Source: Deferrisomatales bacterium
GTDB lineage: Bacteria; Desulfobacterota; Deferrisomatia; Deferrisomatales; JACRMM01
Direction: 5' to 3'
Length of the DNA stretch: 49,712 bases
Assembly: GCA_033551855.1 (NCBI GenBank)
Contig: JAWSUI010000029.1
Location: 1-49,712, forward strand
Each line of letters opens with the position of its first letter. Within the stretch, counting starts at the first letter, position 1. Positions 19,474-27,940 of this stretch are shown here, piece by piece. Position numbers and translations under genes: made by a program. The notes under the pieces were generated by a model that worked only from the letters and a program-made list of their open reading frames with translations, searched no databases and was not told the DNA's origin.

Positions 19474-20381
19474 CGCAGATCCTCTTCCCCCGTCACCGGG
19501 CACCGGTCACTCGCCCCGTGCCCTTCGTCGACCGCCTTGCGCAGCGCCCGCTTGGTGAGGACCCGGGCCAGGTTCCTCCGGTACTCGGCCGAGCCGCGGA
19601 TGCTGTCCCGGGGGCGGCTGTCCGCTTCGGCCCGGAGTCCGGCCTCCTCGAGCACCTCCGGGGTCGCGGGCTTACCCCTCAGGTACTCCTCGGCGGCGGG
19701 CGCCCGGATCACGGTGGGCGCGCAGGAGGCGAGGGCCACCCGGGCCTCGTGGATCACGCCGTCTTCCACGCGCACCGCAACCGCCGCGCCGGCCACGGCC
19801 AGAGCACCCGACCGGCGCAGCCCGAACTTGAGGTAGCAGCTGCCGGTGAAGGCGCCGTCGGGGATGACAACCTCGGTGAGGATCTCCCCGGGGGTGATGG
19901 CGGTCTGGGCGGCTCCGCGGAAGAAGCCCTCCAGAGGCAGGGTGCGCTCGCCTCCGGCGTGCACGAGCCGGATCGTTGCCCCCAGGGCGATGAGGATGGG
20001 GGGGAGGTCCGCCGAGGGTACCCCGTTGACGATGTTCCCTCCCACCGTCCCGAGATTTCGGATCTGGAGCGACGCCATGCGGTGGGCCGCCTCGGAGACC
20101 GACCGGTACCGGGCGTGGAGCACCGGGGAATCGACCACGTCGCTCTGGGTCGCGAGGGCCCCGATCACGACCCCCCGGCCCTTCTCGTACCGGATGCCCC
20201 GCAGGGCGTCGAGGCGCTTCAGGGACATCAAGGCCCTGGGGGCGAGCTTTCCCACCTTCATCTTGTGGAGAAGGTCGGTGCCCCCGGCGAGCACCCTGAT
20301 CTCGGAGCCCAGGGAGGCCAGCAGCGCGCAGGCCCCCCCCAGGGTGTCGGGGGCGTGGTAGTCGAAGTCGGGAAGGTGCAT
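19461..20381 (-). CDS. FAD-binding subunit of XO-family molybdoenzyme, lacking the [4Fe-4S] loop
   Basis: AGGTDL, IRNLGTVGGNIVNGVPSADL (no Cys insert) and DSIRGSAEYRR. Start MHLPDF at 20381. Confidence 0.88.
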   Translation of the reverse strand: MHLPDFDYHAPDTLGGACALLASLGSEIRVLAGGTDLLHKMKVGKLAPRALMSLKRLDALRGIRYEKGRGVVIGALATQSDVVDSPVLHARYRSVSEAAHRMASLQIRNLGTVGGNIVNGVPSADLPPILIALGATIRLVHAGGERTLPLEGFFRGAAQTAITPGEILTEVVIPDGAFTGSCYLKFGLRRSGALAVAGAAVAVRVEDGVIHEARVALASCAPTVIRAPAAEEYLRGKPATPEVLEEAGLRAEADSRPRDSIRGSAEYRRNLARVLTKRALRKAVDEGHGASDRCPVTGEEDLRCNP

Positions 20382-20583
20382 GGGTGAGCTCCTGCCGGGG
20401 GCACGGTCGACCCGCCCGGGCTGCGCCGGGGGGCGAAGAAATCGGGAGCGGCAGGAGGGCCTGCCGCTCCCTTGGAAAGGGTAGCAAGAGCGCCCGGGTC
20501 TGTCACGCCGGGGTCCGCGGGGCCGGCGCCGCGCGGCCCCGAAATTGTTCACAAGCCCGAGCCTTCGCGATCGTCAGCCGTCG

Positions 20584-20754
20584 CTACTGCTTCTTTTCCA
20601 TACCCTCGTGCACTTGGAACTCCACACCGCACTTCGGGCAGTGGATCTGCGTATCCTTGGAGACGTGCCCCTCGCCGCCCCTGTGATGCCCGGCGGCACA
20701 CCCCAGAGCCACGAGCATCAGACCGACAGACGCCAGACCCAGCCATTTCCTCAT
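20584..20754 (-). CDS. Small lipoprotein with CxxC (HCPKCG) motif
   Basis: MRKWLGLASVGLMLVALG-C lipobox, His-rich segment and CPKC. AAGGAG RBS. In operon context. Confidence 0.65.
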   Translation of the reverse strand: MRKWLGLASVGLMLVALGCAAGHHRGGEGHVSKDTQIHCPKCGVEFQVHEGMEKKQ

Positions 20755-20867
20755 GGAAAGCTCCTTCTCGTCAGATGGGACGGGCGCGCGGAGTCGGGCC
20801 CGATCCGCCGGCTCCCCGCCGCGCGCCTCCTCGTGAGCATCGCCGCAAGCACGCCCGCCCGCGGTGT

Positions 20868-21848
20868 CTAGAACGCCCACACCACGTTGAGCCAGGTGGC
20901 CTGCCCCTCCGGGAGGTGCCGGGCGCCGAACTCCCAGTGGTGCTTCAGCACCGCGCTGAAGCGCCCCTGGTCCGGCCAGTACTTGACGGTGGGGCCGAGG
21001 GCGTGGACCTCGCCCCTTCCCCCCTTGATCTTGGGGCCCCCGCCGTCGGGCTTGAACTCGTCCTTGGTGGTCTGCCAGTAGGAGTAGCCCGAGATCCCGT
21101 ACCGGAGGCCCTCCTTGCGGGCGTAGCTAATGGCGTAGTCGACGTGGAACTCCTGGCCGGGCTCGAGCTCGCCCTTGCCAACCCCCCCCAGGATGTAGTC
21201 GTCGTTCTTGGTGTTGAAGTCGTACATGAGCTTCGCGGAGAAGTCGAAACCGCTGTGGAGGTAGGTGACGGCCACGACCGGCTCGAAGGTCCAGTGGTTC
21301 TTGCTGAGGATCTGCGTGGCGGGATCCTCGCGGTCGTAATCCCCGGTGGGGACCCAGATGTCCAGGGCCGCCACCATGTGGAAGTTGGGGCCGAAGTGCC
21401 ACCCCAGGATCAGCGGGTTGACGATGATGTCCCCGAGGCCCGACTGCCGATGGTCGATCTCGAGGTCCGGGGCGCGGACGTCCGCCCAGTACATGGGCAA
21501 GAAGATCTGGACGCCGTAGGAGGCCCCGAGGATCGTCTGGGGGGTCACCCAGATGAACCGGGGGACCACGACGGTGACGTCGGCCTCGAAGTCCACCGGG
21601 GCGGTCGAGCTGCCCGAGACCCCGGGCAGGGTCCCCTTCAGCCGGTCCTTCTGGATCAGGCCGAAGTAGTTCTTGAGGTAGACCCCCGGCGGAGGGAGGG
21701 CCCCGACCACGAAGTCCTCCACCCCGTTGGGGTAGTGCTGCCCCGCCGACGGCAGGTTGGCCCAGGACGGGGTGCTCAGGGCCAAGAGGAGAAGGGCCAG
21801 GGGGAGAATCCGGCACCACAGGGGCAATCTTCGAGCAACTCGCGACAT
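20868..21848 (-). CDS. SphA/MetA-pathway-type outer-membrane beta-barrel channel
   Basis: Signal peptide, HYPNGVE...GALPPPG, SGLGDI..P..LGWH, PTGDYD motifs and C-terminal Phe (VVWAF). Confidence 0.82.
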   Translation of the reverse strand: MSRVARRLPLWCRILPLALLLLALSTPSWANLPSAGQHYPNGVEDFVVGALPPPGVYLKNYFGLIQKDRLKGTLPGVSGSSTAPVDFEADVTVVVPRFIWVTPQTILGASYGVQIFLPMYWADVRAPDLEIDHRQSGLGDIIVNPLILGWHFGPNFHMVAALDIWVPTGDYDREDPATQILSKNHWTFEPVVAVTYLHSGFDFSAKLMYDFNTKNDDYILGGVGKGELEPGQEFHVDYAISYARKEGLRYGISGYSYWQTTKDEFKPDGGGPKIKGGRGEVHALGPTVKYWPDQGRFSAVLKHHWEFGARHLPEGQATWLNVVWAF

Positions 21849-21901
21849 GCCGTACTCCTTTCCTCCAAGAGGTGTTGGGTGTGAGCCCGGGGGTCGGGCT
21901 G

Positions 21902-22084
21902 CTAGGGGGCCAGCCGATCCAGCTCCTCGAACTGAACCTGCAGGGCCCGCAGGGTGCCCCGCATCCGCACGGTGTTCCTCTCCACGGCCGGGATGTGACC
22001 GCCCGCCTCCTGCAGGGCGTCCAGGTCCCGGGAGAGCGTCTCCAGGGCCTTCGCGATCCGCGTCGCCGCACCTTCGTCCGCCAC
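21902..22084 (-). CDS. Small hypothetical protein (helical)
   Basis: GTG start 2 nt after the ligase stop, with AGGAGG inside the ligase 3' end. IPAVERN motif. Confidence 0.6.
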   Translation of the reverse strand: MADEGAATRIAKALETLSRDLDALQEAGGHIPAVERNTVRMRGTLRALQVQFEELDRLAP

Positions 22085-22086
22085 CG

Positions 22087-23424
22087 CTAGCCCTCCTTTC
22101 TCCGGTCGTGAAAACGCTTCGCCTTCAGTGCATACCGCGGCAGGGTGCCGTACTCCACCGGCACCAGCTCGAAGTTGAGCTGGGTCTTGATCCGCAGGGC
22201 GCTCCCGAGGCGCACCAGGAGCTCTTCGCGCTGGCCCTGGGAGGTGCCCGGCGGCAGTTCCACCTTGAGCCGGATGTGGTCGAGGTCTCCCCTCTTCTCC
22301 ACCTCGATCTCGAACTCACCGTCCAGCTCCGGGAACGACCGCACCGCCTCCTCGGCCGCGATGGGAGAGAAGAGGACTCCCTTGACCTTGGTGATGTGAT
22401 CGACCCGTCCGTGGACGCCCTGGTCGAGAATGCGCCAGGTGCGGCCGCACCCGCATGCCCGGTCGGCCCACATGGAGACGTCCTTCGAATCGAACCGGAC
22501 GCAGGGTTGGGCCTGGCGGTCGAACGAGCTGATGACGATCCTCCCCGGTACCCCGGGACGGGTGACCGGGGCGTCGGAGTCGAGCTCCAGGAGCTCCACC
22601 AGGAACATCGCCTCGTTCACGTGGAGCCCCCCGGGCTGGTGCCGGCACTCGAAGGACCAGGCCCCCACCTCGGTGGCCCCCACGTGGTCGCACACGGGGC
22701 AACCCCAGGCCTCCTCCATGCGGCGCTTGGTGCTCGGGACGAGAGCTCCGGGCTCCCCGGCGCAGAGAATCTTTCGGATTCCCCACTCCCTCGGGTCGGC
22801 CCCCAGCTCCTTCCGGGCGCACTCGGCCATGCCCAGCACGTAGGTCGGGGTGGCCATGAACGCCGTGGCCTGGAGCTCCTTCATCTTCATCAGCCGCTCC
22901 CGGGTGCCCAGCACCCCCCCCGGGACCACCTCGCACCCGATCTTTTCGGCGGCGTAGTGGCCGGCCCAGTAGGCCACGAAGATGTTGTAGCCGAAGGGGA
23001 GGAAGACCCGGTCCGAGGGCCGGAACCCCTGGGCCCAGAGGATCGTGGCCCAGCACTCGCTCCACCACTCCCAGTCCGCCCAGGTGTCGGGCTGATAGAC
23101 CGGGGTGCCCGTCGTCCCGCTGGTCTGCCGGAACTCGGTCACTTCCTCGAGGGGGACGCACAGGGTGTCCCCATAAGGGAAGGGGTCGATCCCCTGGCAG
23201 CGGTAGTCGTCCTTGGTCAGCAGAGGCACCCGGGCCACGTCCTCCCACGTTCGAATGTCCTCGGGGCGCACGCCTGCCGCGTCGTACTTCCTGCGGTACA
23301 GCCGGCTGCGCTCGTAGACCCACGAGACCAGCCTTCGAAACTTGCGCAACTGGAACTCCCGGGTCGCCTCGGGATCGAGGGTCTCCAGTATCGGGTTCCA
23401 GTGCTCGACCGTGTCCTTGCCCAT
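22087..23424 (-). CDS. Phenylacetate-CoA ligase (PaaK)-family aryl-CoA ligase
   Basis: QTSGTTG, AGEPG, DHVGATE and GRVDHITKVKGV motifs, with the C-terminal KAKRFHD typical of the PaaK family. Confidence 0.85.
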   Translation of the reverse strand: MGKDTVEHWNPILETLDPEATREFQLRKFRRLVSWVYERSRLYRRKYDAAGVRPEDIRTWEDVARVPLLTKDDYRCQGIDPFPYGDTLCVPLEEVTEFRQTSGTTGTPVYQPDTWADWEWWSECWATILWAQGFRPSDRVFLPFGYNIFVAYWAGHYAAEKIGCEVVPGGVLGTRERLMKMKELQATAFMATPTYVLGMAECARKELGADPREWGIRKILCAGEPGALVPSTKRRMEEAWGCPVCDHVGATEVGAWSFECRHQPGGLHVNEAMFLVELLELDSDAPVTRPGVPGRIVISSFDRQAQPCVRFDSKDVSMWADRACGCGRTWRILDQGVHGRVDHITKVKGVLFSPIAAEEAVRSFPELDGEFEIEVEKRGDLDHIRLKVELPPGTSQGQREELLVRLGSALRIKTQLNFELVPVEYGTLPRYALKAKRFHDRRKEG

Positions 23425-23516
23425 CTCCTCTCCTCGAGGTCACCTCAGCGGGGGGGCGGCAACGCAGAAGCGACCGGCACCCGCCCCGACCCAATGGCTC
23501 CGGTCTTCGCGTAACT

Positions 23517-23532
23517 TGCAACCTCCGTACCA
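23517..23532 (-). promoter_or_regulatory. Sigma54 (-24/-12) promoter for the paaK-like ligase/hcr2 operon
   Basis: Minus strand TGGTACGGAGGTTGCA (GG-N10-GC), about 90 nt upstream of ATG 23424. Confidence 0.7.
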
Positions 23533-23848
23533 GCCCCTCCTCCCAACGCGACACGCCTCCGACCCGTGGGCCGGCGCACGGAATCTGCGGATGCAGGCCG
23601 CCCCGCACGCCTCACCCCGGCGAGGCGTGTCGCACCGGGCATCGCCCCGGCCTCGGCCTCCGGTCGCCCGGAACCTGCACGGCTTCCCCTTTGGGGCGGG
23701 CCCTGCGTCACCAGTGCCGCATCGTTTCCCCCGCACATTCGCCAAACAGGCCGGAAAGGCCCCCACGTGCGGCACGGCTGTCGCATTCTCGCACGCTCCA
23801 CCGGCCTTCCGCTAACGCTGTTTTGATAGAATCGCGCCCCCGCGGCAA

Positions 23849-23864
23849 CGGCACGATGGTTGCT
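23849..23864 (+). promoter_or_regulatory. Sigma54 (-24/-12) promoter for the pps operon
   Basis: CGGCACGATGGTTGCT (GG 23850-51, GC 23862-63). Confidence 0.68.
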
Positions 23865-24073
23865 TCAGGCTCCATCGATCGATCGGGTTATCGAGACCTG
23901 CGGCTCCTTGTACCACGTTTTCAACTGTTGTTACACTGTGGATGTGTGCTCGCCCCTTCCGGCAGCCGGCCGTGCCGAAACCCTGGGCCGACCAGAGGTT
24001 GCCGGGGCCCAAACCATCGTCGGCCGTCCCGGGGCCCCGATCCCCCGGCTCGCCCACAACGGAGGATTCGCTC

Positions 24074-24721
24074 ATGTCGCTGCTGTTCACTCAGGACTGG
24101 GACGTCGTTCGCGGCAAGGAAGACGAGTACGCGGAGTTCGTGTCGGACTCGTTCATCCCCGAGTGCAACCGGCTGGGGCTGCAGTCGGTCGGCGGCTTCT
24201 ACGTGGCGGTCGGCGTCGGGCCCAAGGTCATCTCCGTCAAGAGCGCCCCCTCCCTGGCTGCTCTCACGTCCGCCATGGCGGACGAGCGCTTCCACCGCCT
24301 GAAGCAGGCACTCAAAGACTACGTGGTCAACTACAGCAGCAAGATCCTCGAGCCCACGCTCTTTCCCGAGCGAGTCGAGTACGCCATCCAGAAAGGCGTC
24401 TGGAAGTACAACGTGTACTACGACGTCAACCCCGACGGGCGCCCGCAGTACGAGGATTTCCTCCGGTCCGAGTATCTCCCCACCCTGGCCGACCTGGACT
24501 ACGTCGAGGTCACCCAGGGGTGGAACGTGCTCATCGGGGGGTTCAGCGAGGCGATCCTGGAACTCACCTTCAGTGACTCGGTGGACATCGGCCGGCTCCT
24601 CGGCAACCCCTCCTTCCGCAACGTCACCTACACCCTGTGCCGGGACCACGTGCGCAACTACAAGAGCCGGATCCTGCGGACGACGGAGCGGTTCGACGAG
24701 CCCCGCTGGTTCCGGCTGTAA
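24074..24721 (+). CDS. Hypothetical protein with two tandem alpha/beta (NIPSNAP/dimeric-barrel-like) repeats
   Basis: GGAGG RBS. Halves align: WDVVRGKEDEYAEFVSDSFIP...VVNYSSKIL vs YDVNPDGRPQYEDFLRSEYLP...VRNYKSRIL. Confidence 0.75.
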   Translation: MSLLFTQDWDVVRGKEDEYAEFVSDSFIPECNRLGLQSVGGFYVAVGVGPKVISVKSAPSLAALTSAMADERFHRLKQALKDYVVNYSSKILEPTLFPERVEYAIQKGVWKYNVYYDVNPDGRPQYEDFLRSEYLPTLADLDYVEVTQGWNVLIGGFSEAILELTFSDSVDIGRLLGNPSFRNVTYTLCRDHVRNYKSRILRTTERFDEPRWFRL

Positions 24722-24794
24722 GCCGGGGCTCCGGGCGGCGGCGCCCGGTGCCCCCTGCAACGGGAAACCCCAACCTCACGTCAGGAGGCGCACC

Positions 24795-26639
24795 ATGAGC
24801 AACAAGTTCCTGGATCCACACGACGTTCCGACCATCCCCGGGACCGAAGGCTGGGAGCGGATGTACCCCTACCACTATCAGTTCACGAAGGACGACCCCG
24901 CCCGGGCCGAGTTCGAGAGCAATCAGCTGTGGTTCTACGACGGGCTGCACTACCCGGAGCCCCACTACCCCTTCGACCTGATCTGGGACGAGGCATGGTT
25001 TCTCGCCCTGTCCCAGAACAACACCCGCACGTTCCTGGTGCCCCCGGCCCTGGGCATCGACCACCGGATCGTGAACGGCCACGTGTACATCACGCCGGTG
25101 GGCGTGCCGGACCCCGAGGAGGTGGGCCGCCGCGTGCCCATCTTCCTGAAGCGGGCGGGGTACTACTACGAGAACTGGGACAAGCTGTATGAGGACTGGA
25201 AGGTCAAGGTGGTCAAGCTCGTGAGCGAGCTCGAAGAGGTGAACTTCAAGCCTTTGCCGGAGGTCGAGGACGAGAGCATCGTCTTCGAGAACAAGGGGAT
25301 CGGGAGCGGGTACCACCTGCTCACCCAATACGACGACCTCATCCACAAGGGGCTGATGATCTGGCAGTACCACTTCGAATTCCTGAACCTCGGGTACGCC
25401 GCCTACGTCACCTTCATCAACACGGCCAACCAGATCTTCCCCGACATCCCGATCGCGACCCTCACCAAGATGGTCTCCGGGATCGACGTCGTCATGTACA
25501 AGCCGGACTCGGAGCTCATCCGGCTGGCAAAGCTCGCCATCGAGACCGACGTGGACGGCGTGCTCCTGAAGAAGCAGGACGCGGCGGACACCCTGGCCGA
25601 GTTGGCCGGGTCCAACAGCGGCAAGTACTGGGTCGATGAGCTGGAGAAGGCCCGCTACCCGTGGTTCTACATCTCCACGGGCACCGGCTGGTACCACCAC
25701 CACAAGTCGTGGAACGACGACCTGAACGTCCCCTTCGACTCGATCCGGATGCACATCCAGGCAATCCAGGCGGGCAAGACGGTGGGCCGCCCCACGGAGC
25801 GGCTCATCGAGGAGCGCGACCGCCTGATCCAGGAGTACCGCGACCTGATCACCTCGGAGGACGACCGGCAGGCCTTCGATCAGGGGCTGGCCGTGTCCCA
25901 GAGGGTCTTCCCCTACGTGGAGGACCACCTGTTCTACGTGGAGCACTGGTTCCACAGCGTCTTCTGGAACAAGGTGCGCCAGATCGCAGACATCCTGAAG
26001 GACGCGGGCTTCCTGGAGGACCGGGAGGACATCTGGTACCTCAAGCGCGGCGAGATCCGCGACGCCCTCTGGGACCACGTGACGAGCTGGGCGACCGGCA
26101 CCCGCGCCCGGGGCCCCTCCTACTGGCCCAAGGAGATCGAGTGGCGGCGCGGCGTAATGAAGAAATTCCAGGAGTGGTCCCCCCCGCCCGCCCTGGGCAC
26201 CCCGCCCGAGACCGTGACCGAGCCCTTCAGCATCGTCCTCTGGGGCGTGACCACGAGCGTGCTGAAGAACTGGCTGAAGGGCGTGGAGGCGGCCAGCGGC
26301 GTGGAGGGCCAGGAACTGGCGGGGTCCCCGGGCGCGTCGGGGATCGTCGAGGGAAAGGCGCGGGTGATCCGCGACGTGAAGGACCTCAGCCTGCTGCAGG
26401 AGGGCGAGATCCTGGTGGCCACGACGACCTCCCCCAGCTGGGCCCCGGCCTTCACCAAGATCGCCGGGTGCGTCACCGACGTCGGCGGCGCGATGTGCCA
26501 CGCGGCGATCGTCTGCCGCGAGTACGGCCTGCCGACGGTGGTCGGAACCGGGCGCGGCACCTCGGTGATCAAGACCGGGGACGTGATCCGCATCGACGGG
26601 GACCAGGGCTCGGTCACTATCGTGGAGCGCGCGGCGTGA
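24795..26639 (+). CDS. ppsA: Phenylphosphate synthase subunit A (phospho-His carrier)
   Basis: TIPGTEGWERMYPYHYQF, WQYHFEFLNLGYAAY and FYVEHWFHSVFWNK as recalled for Thauera PpsA. C-terminal mobile domain GGAMCHAAIVCREYG. Confidence 0.93.
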   Translation: MSNKFLDPHDVPTIPGTEGWERMYPYHYQFTKDDPARAEFESNQLWFYDGLHYPEPHYPFDLIWDEAWFLALSQNNTRTFLVPPALGIDHRIVNGHVYITPVGVPDPEEVGRRVPIFLKRAGYYYENWDKLYEDWKVKVVKLVSELEEVNFKPLPEVEDESIVFENKGIGSGYHLLTQYDDLIHKGLMIWQYHFEFLNLGYAAYVTFINTANQIFPDIPIATLTKMVSGIDVVMYKPDSELIRLAKLAIETDVDGVLLKKQDAADTLAELAGSNSGKYWVDELEKARYPWFYISTGTGWYHHHKSWNDDLNVPFDSIRMHIQAIQAGKTVGRPTERLIEERDRLIQEYRDLITSEDDRQAFDQGLAVSQRVFPYVEDHLFYVEHWFHSVFWNKVRQIADILKDAGFLEDREDIWYLKRGEIRDALWDHVTSWATGTRARGPSYWPKEIEWRRGVMKKFQEWSPPPALGTPPETVTEPFSIVLWGVTTSVLKNWLKGVEAASGVEGQELAGSPGASGIVEGKARVIRDVKDLSLLQEGEILVATTTSPSWAPAFTKIAGCVTDVGGAMCHAAIVCREYGLPTVVGTGRGTSVIKTGDVIRIDGDQGSVTIVERAA

Positions 26640-26643
26640 ACCG

Positions 26644-26685
26644 GTGCGGCCGGGCGCCCCGAGGGCTCGGGGCGCCCGGCCGCAC
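26644..26685. repeat. Perfect 20-bp GC hairpin between ppsA and ppsB
   Basis: GTGCGGCCGGGCGCCCCGAG-GG-CTCGGGGCGCCCGGCCGCAC, with no U-tract. Confidence 0.8.
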
Positions 26686-26747
26686 GCCTCCTTGACTCCA
26701 GCCCCCGAGAGGAACCCGTGTGTACGCAACCAGACCAAGGGACCGCC

Positions 26748-27818
26748 ATGGCCGACTCTGACAGGGAAACGAGGCTCACCTTCTGGTACGAGGAACTGAC
26801 CGGCGAGGACTTTCCCCTCGTGGGTAAGAAGAACGCGAACCTCGGCGAGATGATGAAGGCCGGGATCCGGGTGAGCCCGGGCTTCAGCCTGACCCTCCAC
26901 GCGAACGACCGGTTCATGGAGGAGACCGGGATCAAGGCGGAGCTCGCCGGGTACCTGAGCGAGCTGGGAGAAGTAACGTACGAGAACTGTGAGGCGGCGA
27001 GCCGCTTCGCGGTGGGCCTGATCGAAGAGGCCCCCATGCCGGGCGCCCTCGCCGAAGCGATCTGCCGCGAGTACGACAAGCTGTGCCGCCTGGCCCGGGT
27101 GGACGACGTGCCGGTGGCCGTGCGCTCCAGCGGCGCCGTGTCGATGCCCGGGCAGATGGAGACCTACCTGAACATCCGGGGGCACGACGACCTCCTGCGC
27201 TACACCAAGAAGACCTGGGCGAGCGCCTACCACGTGGAGGCCATCACCTACCGGATGAACAAGGGCATGCACTTCCTCCTGAACATCGGGGTGGGCGTCC
27301 CCAAGATGGTTAACTCAAGGCTCTCGGGGGTCGTCTTCACCTTGAACCCGCTCAACGGGGACCGCTCCAAGATCTCCCTCGACGTGAGCTACGGTCTGGG
27401 GGAGGCGGTGGTCAGCGGGTTGGTCACCCCGGACAACTACCTGGTGGACAAGATCACCCTGAGCGTGATCAAGCAGACGCGCGGCAGCAAGGAGGTGAAG
27501 TGCGTCTACCGCGAGGGCGGGAGCGACATCGACACCGTCTCGGTGCCCGAGGAGGACCGCAACCGCTTCTGCCTCACGAACGAGGAGCTCGTGGAGCTGT
27601 GCCGCGTCTCGAAGGCCATCGACCGGTACTACGGAATGCCCTACGACATCGAGTTCGGCATCGACGCCGACCTCCCGTTCCCGGAAAACGTGATCATCCT
27701 CCAGGTGAGGCCCGAGTCGGTGTGGTCCAAGAAGCAGGCCGAGGCGAAGACCGAAAAGAAGAAGGACGCGATGGACCGGATCGTCAGCCAGCTCGTCACG
27801 GGCGTCAAGCTGCGGTAA
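26748..27818 (+). CDS. ppsB: Phenylphosphate synthase subunit B (ATP-binding, PEP-synthase N-terminal-like)
   Basis: LVGKKNANLGEM, VAVRSS, PGQMETYLN, YGLGEAVVSG and ILQVRPESVW. Follows ppsA. Alternative GTG start at 26718. Confidence 0.9.
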   Translation: MADSDRETRLTFWYEELTGEDFPLVGKKNANLGEMMKAGIRVSPGFSLTLHANDRFMEETGIKAELAGYLSELGEVTYENCEAASRFAVGLIEEAPMPGALAEAICREYDKLCRLARVDDVPVAVRSSGAVSMPGQMETYLNIRGHDDLLRYTKKTWASAYHVEAITYRMNKGMHFLLNIGVGVPKMVNSRLSGVVFTLNPLNGDRSKISLDVSYGLGEAVVSGLVTPDNYLVDKITLSVIKQTRGSKEVKCVYREGGSDIDTVSVPEEDRNRFCLTNEELVELCRVSKAIDRYYGMPYDIEFGIDADLPFPENVIILQVRPESVWSKKQAEAKTEKKKDAMDRIVSQLVTGVKLR

Positions 27819-27940
27819 GGGGTTCGTCTCGACGATGCGGAGACGCCGGGGGCCGGCCCTCGGGCCCTAGGGGCCGGGGGTCCGGATCGACAGACGCCGA
27901 GCCGTGTTCGCGGCCAAGGCCGCTCCTGCGGAGGAATGCG

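Noticed and set aside
9870..20381. Aerobic CO dehydrogenase (CoxLMS)
   Set aside because: No AYxCSFR Cu-binding motif; RGHG motifs, the HcrB-type loop and adjacent CoA ligases point to aryl-CoA reductases
23770..23785. Second sigma54-like motif CGGCACGGCTGTCGCA
   Set aside because: Poorer -12 element than the site at 23849, and GG-N10-GC matches arise easily in GC-rich DNA
24624..27272. Very long antisense and alternative-frame ORFs (e.g. 24624-27272, 16354-18879, 10437-12803, 42842-45184)
   Set aside because: They are shadows of well-supported genes in high-GC DNA, with Arg/Gly/Pro-rich translations and no motifs
24795..27818. Split or pseudogenised PEP synthase
   Set aside because: Both ORFs are intact, have RBSs and match the two-subunit phenylphosphate synthase pattern; ppc genes are nearby
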